A DNA stretch of 64,000 bases. It comes from Candidatus Latescibacterota bacterium. GTDB lineage: Bacteria; Latescibacterota; UBA2968. The notes under the pieces are model-generated. The model searched no databases. It worked only from the letters and a program-made list of their open reading frames with translations, and was not told the origin of the DNA. The translations under genes and the position numbers were made by a program. The stretch is from the NCBI GenBank assembly GCA_965222605.1, contig OZ244960.1:5952001-6016000 (forward strand), in the 5' to 3' direction. This document shows, piece after piece, positions 19,404 through 28,869 of the stretch; positions within the stretch are counted from its first letter, which is position 1; each line of letters starts with the position of its first letter.

Positions 19404-22062
19404 GGGTAAGATGATGAAGAAGGGAGAAGAACAAAAAAAGGTGTCGAAGGACGCTGCTGCAGGGAGCACGGGGACGAATCGGAAGGCACGAGCTATCCCT
19501 TCTGCAGGGCAGAAAGTCCTCTTGGTGTTGTTCGGTTTCCTGCTCATCGCGCTGATGGAGGTCGGGCTGCGGGTTGTGGGGTATGGGAAACCGTCCGAGC
19601 GAGAGGACCCCTTTGTCGGATTTGAGAAGGTTTACCCGCTTTTTAGCGCACGGGAGCTGGCCGGCGGAAAGAGATTCTACGTCACCAATCCGAATAAGCT
19701 GGCCTTCTTCAATGAGCAGGCGTTCCCCACAGAAAAATCGACCGAGACCTTCAGGATCTTTTGCCTTGGTGGATCGACGACGTTTGGAAGGCCGTACGAA
19801 GCGCCGACAGCATTTCCCAAATGGCTGGAGATCGGCCTGAACGGGATGGATGCATCGAGGCGGTTTGAGGTGATCAATGCAGGCGGGATCTCGTACGCCA
19901 GCTACCGGATTGTGAATCTGATTGAAGAGCTGATGCATTACGAGCCAGATCTGTTTGTCGTCTATACCGGCCACAATGAGTTTTTGGAGACGCGGACCTA
20001 CGAGGACATTCTCCAGGCAGATCGTGCGGTTACCAAGGTCCGGACAGTGCTCGGCAGGTTGCGGACTTACGCCCTGGTTCGCCAGGCAGTACTGGGTCTG
20101 AAGGCCTGGGGGAAACAGAGGCGGACGAGGTTTCGGATGAAAGGTGAAGTCGATGCGGCCCTGGACCATGTGGGGGGGGTGGAGCTTTACAGGAGGGATG
20201 AGGATCAGAAACAGGCGATCTTGAGGCACTTTCGGTTCAATCTGGAGCGGATGGTCGATATTGCAAGGGAAAACAGTGTGGAGCTCTTGTTTGTAACGCC
20301 TGTGTCCAGCATCCGGGATTTCTCTCCCTTTAAGTCCGAGCATGCACAAGGTTTGAGCCTTGAGGAGAGAAGGACTTGGGAGAAGCGCTATGGTCAGGGG
20401 ATTTCCCTGTATCGGGCCGGTGACTATGCCGCCGCACTGGAGGCCTTCCGGTTTGCGCTGGAGATCGATCCCGAATACGCCGAGCTGCATTACGAAGTCG
20501 CCAAGTGTTATGAGGGCCTGGGCCAACACGAAAAGGCCAGAGTTCACTACGTTCAGGCCAGGGATCTGGACGTCTGTCCTTTGAGGGCGATCGGCCAGAT
20601 CGAGGCCATTGTGCGGGACGTTGTTAGAGCGCGCGAGGTTGCTCTGGTGGACCTCGTGCCTGTGTTTGAGGCCCGCAGCGACCACGGTCTTCTGGGCAAA
20701 GAATGGTTTCTGGACCATGTCCATCCGACTGTAGTGGGACACCAAGTGATTGCGGATGAGATCGTTTCGCAACTGGTCAACCGTGGCGTTGTCGCTCCGG
20801 GTGCGGGGTGGAACGCGGCGAAAAGGGCAGCGCTCTATAAGGAGGTGTTCGACTCCTTGGATGGCGGATATTTCTCCTTAAAAAATTTGAATCTCGGCAA
20901 GGTTCTGGCGTGGGCCGAGAAGTACAGAGAAGCGCTGGATCCCCTGGAAGCGGCTACAAGGCAACTGCCGGACGACCCGGAGATTCCCCGCCTTCTGGGC
21001 CAGGTTTACGCCGCATTGGGATACCATCGAAAGGCAGCCGCAGCATACCGGCTGGCTGTTGGCCAGAGGGACGACGACTCCAGGCTGTACAACGATCTGG
21101 GGAATGTATATGTCGCGCAGGGGGAGTACGGGGAGGCTGTATCGGCGTATCAGGCCGCAATCCGGCTCAGACCGGATGACGCCGAGGTTCACTACAACCT
21201 TGGAAATGCTTTTGTCGCGCAGGGGGAGTACGGGGAGGCTGTATCGGCGTATCAGGCCGCAATCCGGCTCAGACCGGATGATCTGGATATCTGGAGTAAC
21301 CTGGGGAATGCCTATGGGGCACAGGGGAATTATACGGACGCGGTCGAGGCGTATCGCAGCGCGCTTCAGATCGATCCGAATGACGCCGGGACGCACTACA
21401 ATCTGGGGCGATTATACGCGAATCGAGAGGCCTATCGGGAGGCGGAAGAGGCGTACCGTATCGCGTTGAGGCTGAGCCGTGCGAACCCGGATGCCGATTC
21501 AGGTTTCACCGCTGATATCTATCTCAACCTGGGGCTGGTTCACCGGGCCCGGGGGGAGTACGAGCAGGCGATTTCTGCGTATCGGTCGGCGTTGGAGCTC
21601 CGTCCGGACGACCCACGGGCATACAACAACCTGGGAAATGTGTATAGTGCTCGAGAAGAGTACGGCAAGGCAGTAGCGGTGTATCAGTCGGCGTTGAAAT
21701 TGGATCCCGACGATCTCAAGGCACATTTTAACCTCGGTTTTATCTACGGCGTACGGAAAGAGTATGCAAAGGCTGCGGCCGAGTATGAAAAGGTTGTGAA
21801 GATCGACCCAGACGACCTCCAGGCACACTACCGTCTCGCCTTTGCATACAGCGCCCAGGGAGAGTACGGTCGGGCCATTGCATACTACGAAGAGGTCGTG
21901 AAGAAAGATCCAAAGTTCCTTCAGGCCTATGGAAATCTGGGGATCGCCTACCTTCAGAAGGGAGACAGACGGAGGGCGGTCGCTGCGTTCGAGAAGGTGC
22001 TGGAGATCGATCCGGAAAACGGTCCGGCAAAGGAATATCTGCGGCGCCTGAAAGGACGGTGA
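19402..22062 (+). CDS. Membrane-anchored SGNH/GDSL-like hydrolase with a long TPR array (start codon uncertain)
   Basis: TM helix, then LGGSTT, INAG, GHNE, DHVHP blocks, then more than 10 TPRs of the YNNLGNVY type. Confidence 0.88.
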   Translation: MGKMMKKGEEQKKVSKDAAAGSTGTNRKARAIPSAGQKVLLVLFGFLLIALMEVGLRVVGYGKPSEREDPFVGFEKVYPLFSARELAGGKRFYVTNPNKLAFFNEQAFPTEKSTETFRIFCLGGSTTFGRPYEAPTAFPKWLEIGLNGMDASRRFEVINAGGISYASYRIVNLIEELMHYEPDLFVVYTGHNEFLETRTYEDILQADRAVTKVRTVLGRLRTYALVRQAVLGLKAWGKQRRTRFRMKGEVDAALDHVGGVELYRRDEDQKQAILRHFRFNLERMVDIARENSVELLFVTPVSSIRDFSPFKSEHAQGLSLEERRTWEKRYGQGISLYRAGDYAAALEAFRFALEIDPEYAELHYEVAKCYEGLGQHEKARVHYVQARDLDVCPLRAIGQIEAIVRDVVRAREVALVDLVPVFEARSDHGLLGKEWFLDHVHPTVVGHQVIADEIVSQLVNRGVVAPGAGWNAAKRAALYKEVFDSLDGGYFSLKNLNLGKVLAWAEKYREALDPLEAATRQLPDDPEIPRLLGQVYAALGYHRKAAAAYRLAVGQRDDDSRLYNDLGNVYVAQGEYGEAVSAYQAAIRLRPDDAEVHYNLGNAFVAQGEYGEAVSAYQAAIRLRPDDLDIWSNLGNAYGAQGNYTDAVEAYRSALQIDPNDAGTHYNLGRLYANREAYREAEEAYRIALRLSRANPDADSGFTADIYLNLGLVHRARGEYEQAISAYRSALELRPDDPRAYNNLGNVYSAREEYGKAVAVYQSALKLDPDDLKAHFNLGFIYGVRKEYAKAAAEYEKVVKIDPDDLQAHYRLAFAYSAQGEYGRAIAYYEEVVKKDPKFLQAYGNLGIAYLQKGDRRRAVAAFEKVLEIDPENGPAKEYLRRLKGR
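21111..21281 (+). repeat. Exact 69-bp repeat with 102-bp (one TPR) period
   Basis: 21111-21179 is identical to 21213-21281. Confidence 0.85.
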
Positions 22063-22136
22063 GGTGTCGTGCTACGATTTTGCGGAGGTCAAGGTGGAAG
22101 GGGATACCGTGGAACCGAACAATAGGGAGGTGCATT

Positions 22137-23462
22137 ATGCTGCCCGAAGAGATTGTCAATATACCCCCGGCGCTGACGGAAGAGACGTTTGACGAGTTGT
22201 TCGAGGCCTGCCGGCCGCGTGCAAGCGAGGAGCGGTGGACTGAGGTGCCCTGGATCGGAGAGTTATGGGATGGGCGGCAGAAGGCCGCACGGGAGGAGAA
22301 GCCGCTGTTCATCTGGGCGATGAACGGGCATCCTCTGGGATGCGTTTGAAACAATGGGGTAACGGGCCGTGCGCTCGTCTTCAGCGATCCGAGAGCAATT
22401 CAACTACTGAATGATCATTTCGTCACGGTCGCGGTGGATAATACGCGACTCCAGCGGCAGGATGACGATGAGGGACGGTTTTTGCGATTGATTGCATGGC
22501 AGGGCCGGTACGGGTACTCATTCGATGAGGCGCTGGCGAAGGTGAATGATATAGACCACGGGATGAATCACCAGGGACTTTATGTAACGACGACCGAAGG
22601 AGAAGTCCTGGGCACGCGGAACAGGTGCGGTCCACATGGCATATTGCAAGCCAGCGGCAGCATGAGCACCAACCCGGACTTGCTGGTAGAGATGCTGGGC
22701 AAAGCACTGAAAAACTGGGAGGTCCGAAAGACTCAGAGAGAAGCTTATAAAATCGGCGGGTTGGATAGGGAGGAAGCATTCATATGGGAGTATCCGGAGG
22801 ACGGCCTGGTGCTGCATCTGGGGTGCCGGGATCTGCCCCGGCGGGTGGATTTGCGGCCTGAGAACTGGAGACGTGAGGCGCACAATCAGGACTATGTCTG
22901 GTTCCGGCGAGAGGAGATGCTGTCGATCGTGCCGCCCGGCGTGTCGGCAGGCGATACGTTTTCGATGCCGGAGGGTTTGACCCGGCGGCTGGTCCGGTAC
23001 CACCTGGTGGATTCTGTTGGAGGGCAGCCCTCTCACTGGTCGCCCGAGGCACTTCGGGATGTGGAGATGAGGCTGGAAGTGACGGGTGTGACGCCGAAGC
23101 GGGTGGATTTGACGGTTTCCGGGCAGGCACGTTTGTATGAAGAGGGGGATTGGTGCGCGCATCCGCCGTCTTCTTCGGCCTACCGTATGGGAGAGATGTG
23201 TTGCTTGATCCGCGAGCGTGGATTTGATGCCTCCTTGCTGGGATACCTCTGCTTCGACCGTCGGACGGAGCGGTTTTCCCGGTTCGATCTGGTTGGGGTG
23301 GGTACCCGATGGGGGGGTACGAATGTGAGTGGGCGCCGGGAAGACATTGAGCCTTCGCCAATGGGGATCGCGATGACGCCTGCGGATATGGAGTCGCGGG
23401 ACCAGACGCCGCCGCATGCGAGCCAGAGGCGGGGCAACCTGGAGCGCTATTTTGACGCGTAA
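22137..23462 (+). CDS. Putative selenoprotein with thioredoxin-like N-terminal domain and CxU motif (TGA 22347-22349 read as Sec), about 441 aa
   Basis: GGAGG RBS before ATG 22137. The ORFs ending at 22349 and starting at 22434 share a frame with a stop-free linker. It reads GHPLGCV-U-NNGVTGRALVFSDP...LN.HFV.VAVD. The TGA is conserved in the paralog. Confidence 0.85.
22362..22378 (+). promoter_or_regulatory. Candidate bacterial SECIS hairpin
   Basis: ACGGGC-cgtgc-GCTCGT starts after a 12-nt spacer from the TGA, has a G-containing loop, and is identical in the paralog. Confidence 0.7.
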
Positions 23463-23475
23463 AGGAGCGGAGACG

Positions 23476-23631
23476 ATGCAGTATGAACAGCGACCGAGAA
23501 TCGGCATTCCCTGCGCCCATGTGGAACCGGAGCAGGGAAAGTTTCTGCCCATCTTCTCCGCGTGCCGGGGAGTACAGGTGCTCAACGTGGCGGCGGCGCA
23601 GTCCCGGTTGTTTTCTGGGAAAAGAGCGTGA
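23476..23631 (+). pseudogene. 51-aa ORF, possible N-terminal remnant of a peptidase C26/PuuD-like gene
   Basis: Strong AAGGAG RBS, MQYEQRPRIGIPC start, and a stop overlapping the next ATG (TGATG). Confidence 0.4.
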
Positions 23632-25631
23632 TGTCGGATGCGAAGCCTGCACTGGGTGAGCAGCAGCCGGTACAGGATAAGACAGCTATGGTTTTGGAAC
23701 CGGAGACCAGGCCTGGGTTGACGGTGCGGTCTGTGGTTCTCGGTCTGCTATTTACGTGTCTGATGGACGTGTGGATCATCTACTCGGACTACTACGTCCA
23801 CTCCTCCAGGTTCAACCTCACGCACTTTCCAATCGCGCTGCTGTCCGTGTTCCTGTTTTTGACCTTTGTGGTCAATCCCATCCTCAAGACGATCGCCCCG
23901 GGGCAATTGTTCTCGTCCCGGGAGATCCTGGTGATGTTGGCGATGGGATACACGGGGGCGGCGGTGCCGGCGTCAGGGCTGACGGGGATTCTGCTGGGGG
24001 TGATCGCCCCGCCCTATTACTATGCCACGCCCGAAAACCAGTGGGCGGAGTATCTGCACGAGCATATTCCCGGATGGATTGCGCCCACCGACGCAAAAGC
24101 GATGGGGTGGTTCTGGGAAGGGATGCCGGAAGGTGCGAGTATCCCCTGGGATGTCTGGTTTGTGTCCCTGTTCTGGTGGTCGTTGTTCGTGGGCGCCGTG
24201 TTTTTTGTTTCGGCCTGTCTGGTCGTGATCATGCGGAAGCAGTGGGTGGAGCACGAGCGTCTGTTCTTTCCACTGGCTGCTGTGCCGATTGAGATGGTGC
24301 AGCAGGAAGCCGGACAACGGTTGCCGCTGATTACAAAAGAGTCCCGATTCTGGCAGGGGTTCGGGTTTGCCCTGTTTATTCCGCTGTGGAATTTCTGGGG
24401 ATACTTCTGGCCGCTTTTTCCCCAGATTCCGTTCCAGGCGAACCTGGTCAACCGCCACTGGCGTCCCTTCGGACGCCTGTTCCCGAGGATCAATCCGGAG
24501 GTGGATTTTTACGTGATCGGGTTTGCGTATTTCGCAAACCTGGATGTGCTGTTCAGTGTGTGGCTTTTTGGGCTGCTGGGCTTTGCACAGACAGGAATCT
24601 TGAACCGGATCGGTTACCCGATCGCCAGGGAGGGATACGACGCCACTGACTGGGAGTGTCTGGGAGCGCTCTTCGTGGTGGTGCTCTGGGGGCTGTGGGT
24701 AAGCAGAGCGCATCTCAGGCAGGTGGCCCGGGCGGCGTTCCAGCGGGGGGAGAAATCCGGAGACAGGGGAGGTGAGATCCTGTCCTACCGGACGGCCGCG
24801 ATCGGGTTCCTGCTGGGATCGGCCTTTATCCTCTGCTGGCTCTACCAGGCGGGAATAGAGCCCTGGGTGCTACTGGTATTTTTCCCGGCGTTGATGCTGG
24901 TCTATCTGGGCATGACGCGATTTGTGGCAGAGACCGGCTTTGTATTTGCCAACGCACCTGTCAGCGAAGACGCGTTTATCCTCAAGGTGCTGGGGTCCAG
25001 GGTTCTGGCCCCCTCGACCATTACCGCCCTGGCTTTTGAACGGGCGCTTTACTCCTACGGCAAAGCCCTTTTTACGCCTGCGTTGGCCCATGCCGCAAAG
25101 CTGGGAGAGGTGATCGGGGGGGACCGGCGCAAGCTGTTCGGGGCCATCGGGCTGACGCTGGTTGTGGGGCTCGTTGTATCTGTCGGGTTGACCCTCTACT
25201 TGGGATATACCACCGGCGCGAGCAATTTTAACGATACGCCAATGTTACGGGGGCTGGATGGGTTCTACCGTGCGGTATCCCTGATCAAAAGTCCTGAAGA
25301 ACCGGCGTGGCCTCAGATTGGATTCTTCGGCGCAGGTACAGCGTTGGCGGTTTTTCTGTTCTTTTTGCGGTCGCGCTTTCCCTGGTGGCCGGTGCATCCG
25401 ATCGGTCTGATCGTCGGCGGCAGTTACTGGGCCCACTTCTACCTGACGTCGATCTTCCTGACGTGGTTCTGCAAGCTGGTGATCCTGAAGACTGGGGGAG
25501 CCGTGCTCTTCAGGAAGTTCCGGCCGTTTTTCTTAGGGCTGCTGGTGGGATATACGCTGGGGATTTTTATTATGTTTCTCATGGATATAATCTGGTTCTC
25601 CGGTTCGGGGCACCGGGTGCATACGTGGTGA
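23631..25631 (+). CDS. DUF6785/DUF6784-like polytopic membrane protein (putative transporter)
   Basis: Many TM segments. Motifs PYYYATPENQW, RKQWVEHERL.FPL, DVLFSVW, WWPVHPIG, PFFLGLLVG. Confidence 0.75.
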   Translation: MSDAKPALGEQQPVQDKTAMVLEPETRPGLTVRSVVLGLLFTCLMDVWIIYSDYYVHSSRFNLTHFPIALLSVFLFLTFVVNPILKTIAPGQLFSSREILVMLAMGYTGAAVPASGLTGILLGVIAPPYYYATPENQWAEYLHEHIPGWIAPTDAKAMGWFWEGMPEGASIPWDVWFVSLFWWSLFVGAVFFVSACLVVIMRKQWVEHERLFFPLAAVPIEMVQQEAGQRLPLITKESRFWQGFGFALFIPLWNFWGYFWPLFPQIPFQANLVNRHWRPFGRLFPRINPEVDFYVIGFAYFANLDVLFSVWLFGLLGFAQTGILNRIGYPIAREGYDATDWECLGALFVVVLWGLWVSRAHLRQVARAAFQRGEKSGDRGGEILSYRTAAIGFLLGSAFILCWLYQAGIEPWVLLVFFPALMLVYLGMTRFVAETGFVFANAPVSEDAFILKVLGSRVLAPSTITALAFERALYSYGKALFTPALAHAAKLGEVIGGDRRKLFGAIGLTLVVGLVVSVGLTLYLGYTTGASNFNDTPMLRGLDGFYRAVSLIKSPEEPAWPQIGFFGAGTALAVFLFFLRSRFPWWPVHPIGLIVGGSYWAHFYLTSIFLTWFCKLVILKTGGAVLFRKFRPFFLGLLVGYTLGIFIMFLMDIIWFSGSGHRVHTW

Positions 25632-25718
25632 TGTTCGAGCTGCTCAGGGAATCCGATCTGTACAGACGAATGTCTTGTAACCGTATAGCATGGAAAGACA
25701 GCATCATAGGAGACAACC

Positions 25719-28700
25719 ATGAAAACCAGAAATACAGCACAGACCGAACAGGCAATCCTCTGCCCGAAGGTCGATTCGGCTTGTCTTGGGTCGCTCGAGT
25801 GGCGGTGCATCGGACCGTACAGGGGCGGCCGGGTCGTGGCTGTGGCCGGAGACCCGAAGGATTCGCTGGTCTTCTACTTCGGCGCTTGTGCCGGGGGGGT
25901 CTGGAAGACCGAGGATGGTGGAACCTACTGGGAAAATGTCTCGGACGGGTTTTTCAAGACGTCAGCTGTGGGCGCGATCGCCGTTTCGGAATCCGACCCC
26001 AACGTCATCTATGCGGGTATGGGAGAATGCTGCATCCGGCTTGACATCTCGCACGGCGACGGGGTGTATGGATCGAGAGATGGCGGCAGGACGTGGACGC
26101 ATCTGGGGCTGGAGGATACACGATACATCGCGCGGGTTCGCATCCATCCAAAGGATCCCGACCTGGTCTATGCGGCTGCGCTGGGACATGTTTTTGGCCC
26201 GAACCGGGAGCGGGGGATTTACCGGTCGCGGAATGGGGGTAAGACGTGGGAACAGGTGCTGTTTCGGAGTGAAAAAGCCGGAGGGTGCGACTTGGCGATG
26301 GATCCCAACAATCCCGATGTTCTGTATGCCGCTATCTGGGAGGCTTACAGAAAACCCTGGTTCTTGTCGAGCGGGGGACCGGACAGCGGGCTGTTTAAAT
26401 CTACCGACGGAGGTGACACATGGGTAGAGTTGACCGGCAACCCCGGTTTGCCCGAAGGGATCAAGGGGCGAATGGGAGTTGCGGTATCTCCGGCCAGGCC
26501 GGGGCGTGTGTGGGCAATCGTCGAGGCTGAGAAAGGGGCTTTCTTCCGGTCGGACGACTGGGGCGCAACCTGGGAGCGGCTCACAGAAGACAAAAACCTC
26601 CGGGAGCGTCCGTTCTATTACTGCCACGTCTTCGGAGACCCACAGGATGCTGATACGGTCTATGTGTTGAGCAAGCTGGCCTGGAAGTCTTCCGATGGCG
26701 GGTACTCGTTTACGCAGCTCAACACCCCCCACAACGATAATCATGACCTGTGGCTCGACCCGCACACCCCTCGGCGGATGATTGAGGGGAACGACGGAGG
26801 AGCGTGCGTTTCGTTCAACGGGGGCGAGACGTGGTCCACCATTTACAACCAACCCACGGCGCAGTTCTACCATGTGGCAGCCGACATGCAGGTGCCGTAT
26901 TCCATTTACGGCACCCAGCAGGACAATACCGCCATCGGGGTGCCCAGCCGGTCCGACCGGGGGGCTATTCTCATCGACGACTGCCGTCCGGTGGGGAATG
27001 CGGAAAGCGGGCACATCGCGGTCCGTCCCGACGATCCGAACGTGGTTTACTCCGGCGCCATTGGGAGCAGCGGAGGTGGAGGCGGCGCCCTGTTGCGGTA
27101 TGACCACCGGTCGAAACAGATCCGGGTTATTACGGCCTGGCCGGAGTCTTTCGCAGAGGGCGCTAAAGCACTTAAGTACCGGTTCCAGTGGACGTTTCCG
27201 ATTGCGATTTCGCCACACGATCCCCATATTCTTTACACGACAAGCCAAGTGGTGCTCCGATCCGCGACAGATGGGGATGGCTGGGAGGTCATCAGCCCGG
27301 ATCTGACACGCAACGATGTGGCCAAAATGGAACCGTCGGGCGGTCCGATTACAAAAGACGCACACGGTGCGGAAAACTACTGCACGATTTTCGCCTTTGC
27401 CGAGTCACCCCTGGAGCGGGGGGTGCTCTGGGCCGGCTCGGACGACGGGCTGATCCATATTTCCCGAAACAACGGAGTGTCCTGGGAGAATGTGACGCCG
27501 GAAGACCTGCCGGAATGGACGACGGTCGGCATCATCGAGCCGTCTCCCCATGATCCGGCCACAGCCTATGTGGCGGCCTACCGCTACAAGCTGGACGATT
27601 TTCAGCCATACCTCTACAAGACGAACGACTACGGCAAGCGTTGGGAGAAGATCACCGGCGGTATCCCTGAACAGGAGTTCACGCGGGTGATCCGGGAGGA
27701 CCCGGGCAGGCGCGGGCTGCTGTATGCCGGTACGGAGACCGGGGTGTACGTTTCTTTTGACGCCGGGAAGTCCTGGCAGTCGCTCCAGCGCAACCTGCCG
27801 GTGGCGCCGATCTACGATCTGCTTGTGAAGGATAACGACCTGGTGGCGGCCACTCATGGACGTTCGTTCTGGATCCTGGACGACCTGACGTTGCTGCACC
27901 AGATGACGGAGGCGGCTGTGAACGCTCCGGTCCACCTGTTCAGGCCGCGTTCCACGTACCGATTTCTGCTGGCTCAGGGATACGGACGTCCTTCGGTGCC
28001 CGGGAAAAACTACCGGGTGGCCTCCGGAGTGCTGGCGAGCTACTACGAGAAGAAGACGCCCGAGGGAAAAACAGTACAGGTCCTTCTGGATGCCGGAAAG
28101 AACCCGCCCGACGGGGTGGTGGTGACCTATTTCCTGAAGGAGAAGCCCGAAGGCGAGGTGAAGCTTTCGTTTCTGGATGCAGAGGGGATTCCGATCAAGA
28201 CCTTTTCGAGCCGGGCAGCAGACGATCTGCAGGCCGACTCAAAAGAGACGCTGGTGCCTTCAGAGGTGGGGATGAACCGGTTCGAGTGGGATATGCAGTA
28301 TCCGGGGGAAAGGACGGTTTCGGGGGGAGGGGTAATGGGGCAGAACCCGGCCGGTCCGCTGGCGCCTCCGGGGACGTATCAGATCCGGCTCAAGGTGGGG
28401 GATGAGAGCCATACGGAGTCGTTCCAACTTCTTAAAGACCCGAGAGTTCCGACCACGCAGGAGGATCTGGAAGCGCAGTTTGCACTGCTGGTTAAGATTC
28501 GCGACAAACTCTCTGAGTTCAATGAGGTGGTTGGACAGGTTCGGCGGGTTCAAAAGCAGGTGGCGGAGTGGGAACGGCGTGCGAAGGATCTGCCGGATGC
28601 CGCTGCTGTGTCGGAAGCTGCCAAAGCCCTGGGGGAGAAACTGGCCGAAGTCGATTTGAAGACCCAGTTGGGCATGCTGACTGCTCCGGCGGCCCAGGCC

Positions 28701-28859
28701 GATGCCGCACCGACAAAGCAGGTTTGCGAGGCGTTCGAAGAGATGTCCGCGGCTGCCGACCAGCAGATCGTGCAAGGAAAAGAAATGATCGAGACGGATG
28801 TGGTCGCTTTTAGCAAGTTGATCCGGGAAATGGATATCCCGGCCATTGTCCTGAAGTAA
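25719..28859 (+). CDS. BNR/VPS10 beta-propeller glycosyl-hydrolase-like protein
   Basis: WRCIGPYRGGRV, repeated S.DGG.TW Asp-boxes, QFYHV, ATHGRSFWILDD. No signal peptide seen. Confidence 0.88.
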   Translation: MKTRNTAQTEQAILCPKVDSACLGSLEWRCIGPYRGGRVVAVAGDPKDSLVFYFGACAGGVWKTEDGGTYWENVSDGFFKTSAVGAIAVSESDPNVIYAGMGECCIRLDISHGDGVYGSRDGGRTWTHLGLEDTRYIARVRIHPKDPDLVYAAALGHVFGPNRERGIYRSRNGGKTWEQVLFRSEKAGGCDLAMDPNNPDVLYAAIWEAYRKPWFLSSGGPDSGLFKSTDGGDTWVELTGNPGLPEGIKGRMGVAVSPARPGRVWAIVEAEKGAFFRSDDWGATWERLTEDKNLRERPFYYCHVFGDPQDADTVYVLSKLAWKSSDGGYSFTQLNTPHNDNHDLWLDPHTPRRMIEGNDGGACVSFNGGETWSTIYNQPTAQFYHVAADMQVPYSIYGTQQDNTAIGVPSRSDRGAILIDDCRPVGNAESGHIAVRPDDPNVVYSGAIGSSGGGGGALLRYDHRSKQIRVITAWPESFAEGAKALKYRFQWTFPIAISPHDPHILYTTSQVVLRSATDGDGWEVISPDLTRNDVAKMEPSGGPITKDAHGAENYCTIFAFAESPLERGVLWAGSDDGLIHISRNNGVSWENVTPEDLPEWTTVGIIEPSPHDPATAYVAAYRYKLDDFQPYLYKTNDYGKRWEKITGGIPEQEFTRVIREDPGRRGLLYAGTETGVYVSFDAGKSWQSLQRNLPVAPIYDLLVKDNDLVAATHGRSFWILDDLTLLHQMTEAAVNAPVHLFRPRSTYRFLLAQGYGRPSVPGKNYRVASGVLASYYEKKTPEGKTVQVLLDAGKNPPDGVVVTYFLKEKPEGEVKLSFLDAEGIPIKTFSSRAADDLQADSKETLVPSEVGMNRFEWDMQYPGERTVSGGGVMGQNPAGPLAPPGTYQIRLKVGDESHTESFQLLKDPRVPTTQEDLEAQFALLVKIRDKLSEFNEVVGQVRRVQKQVAEWERRAKDLPDAAAVSEAAKALGEKLAEVDLKTQLGMLTAPAAQADAAPTKQVCEAFEEMSAAADQQIVQGKEMIETDVVAFSKLIREMDIPAIVLK

Positions 28860-28869
28860 TTTCGGACTG

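Noticed and set aside
19312-20772. Long antisense ORFs (also 714-1661, 1522-2646, 25962-27365, 34206-35639 and others)
   Set aside because: They shadow well-supported + strand genes in GC-rich DNA and carry no recognisable motifs.
21111-21281. CRISPR-like repeat-spacer
   Set aside because: Only two copies, in frame within TPR coding sequence, and no cas genes.
22347-22349. Genome-wide TGA reassignment (genetic code 4 or 25) as the explanation for the in-frame TGA
   Set aside because: Many genes here end correctly at TGA (for example 2925, 4149, 9879, 32044), and other long ORFs have no internal TGA.
22434-23462. Independent 342-aa gene starting at GTG 22434 (likewise 45377)
   Set aside because: No clear RBS, the apparent starts differ between the paralogs, and conservation continues upstream through the TGA.
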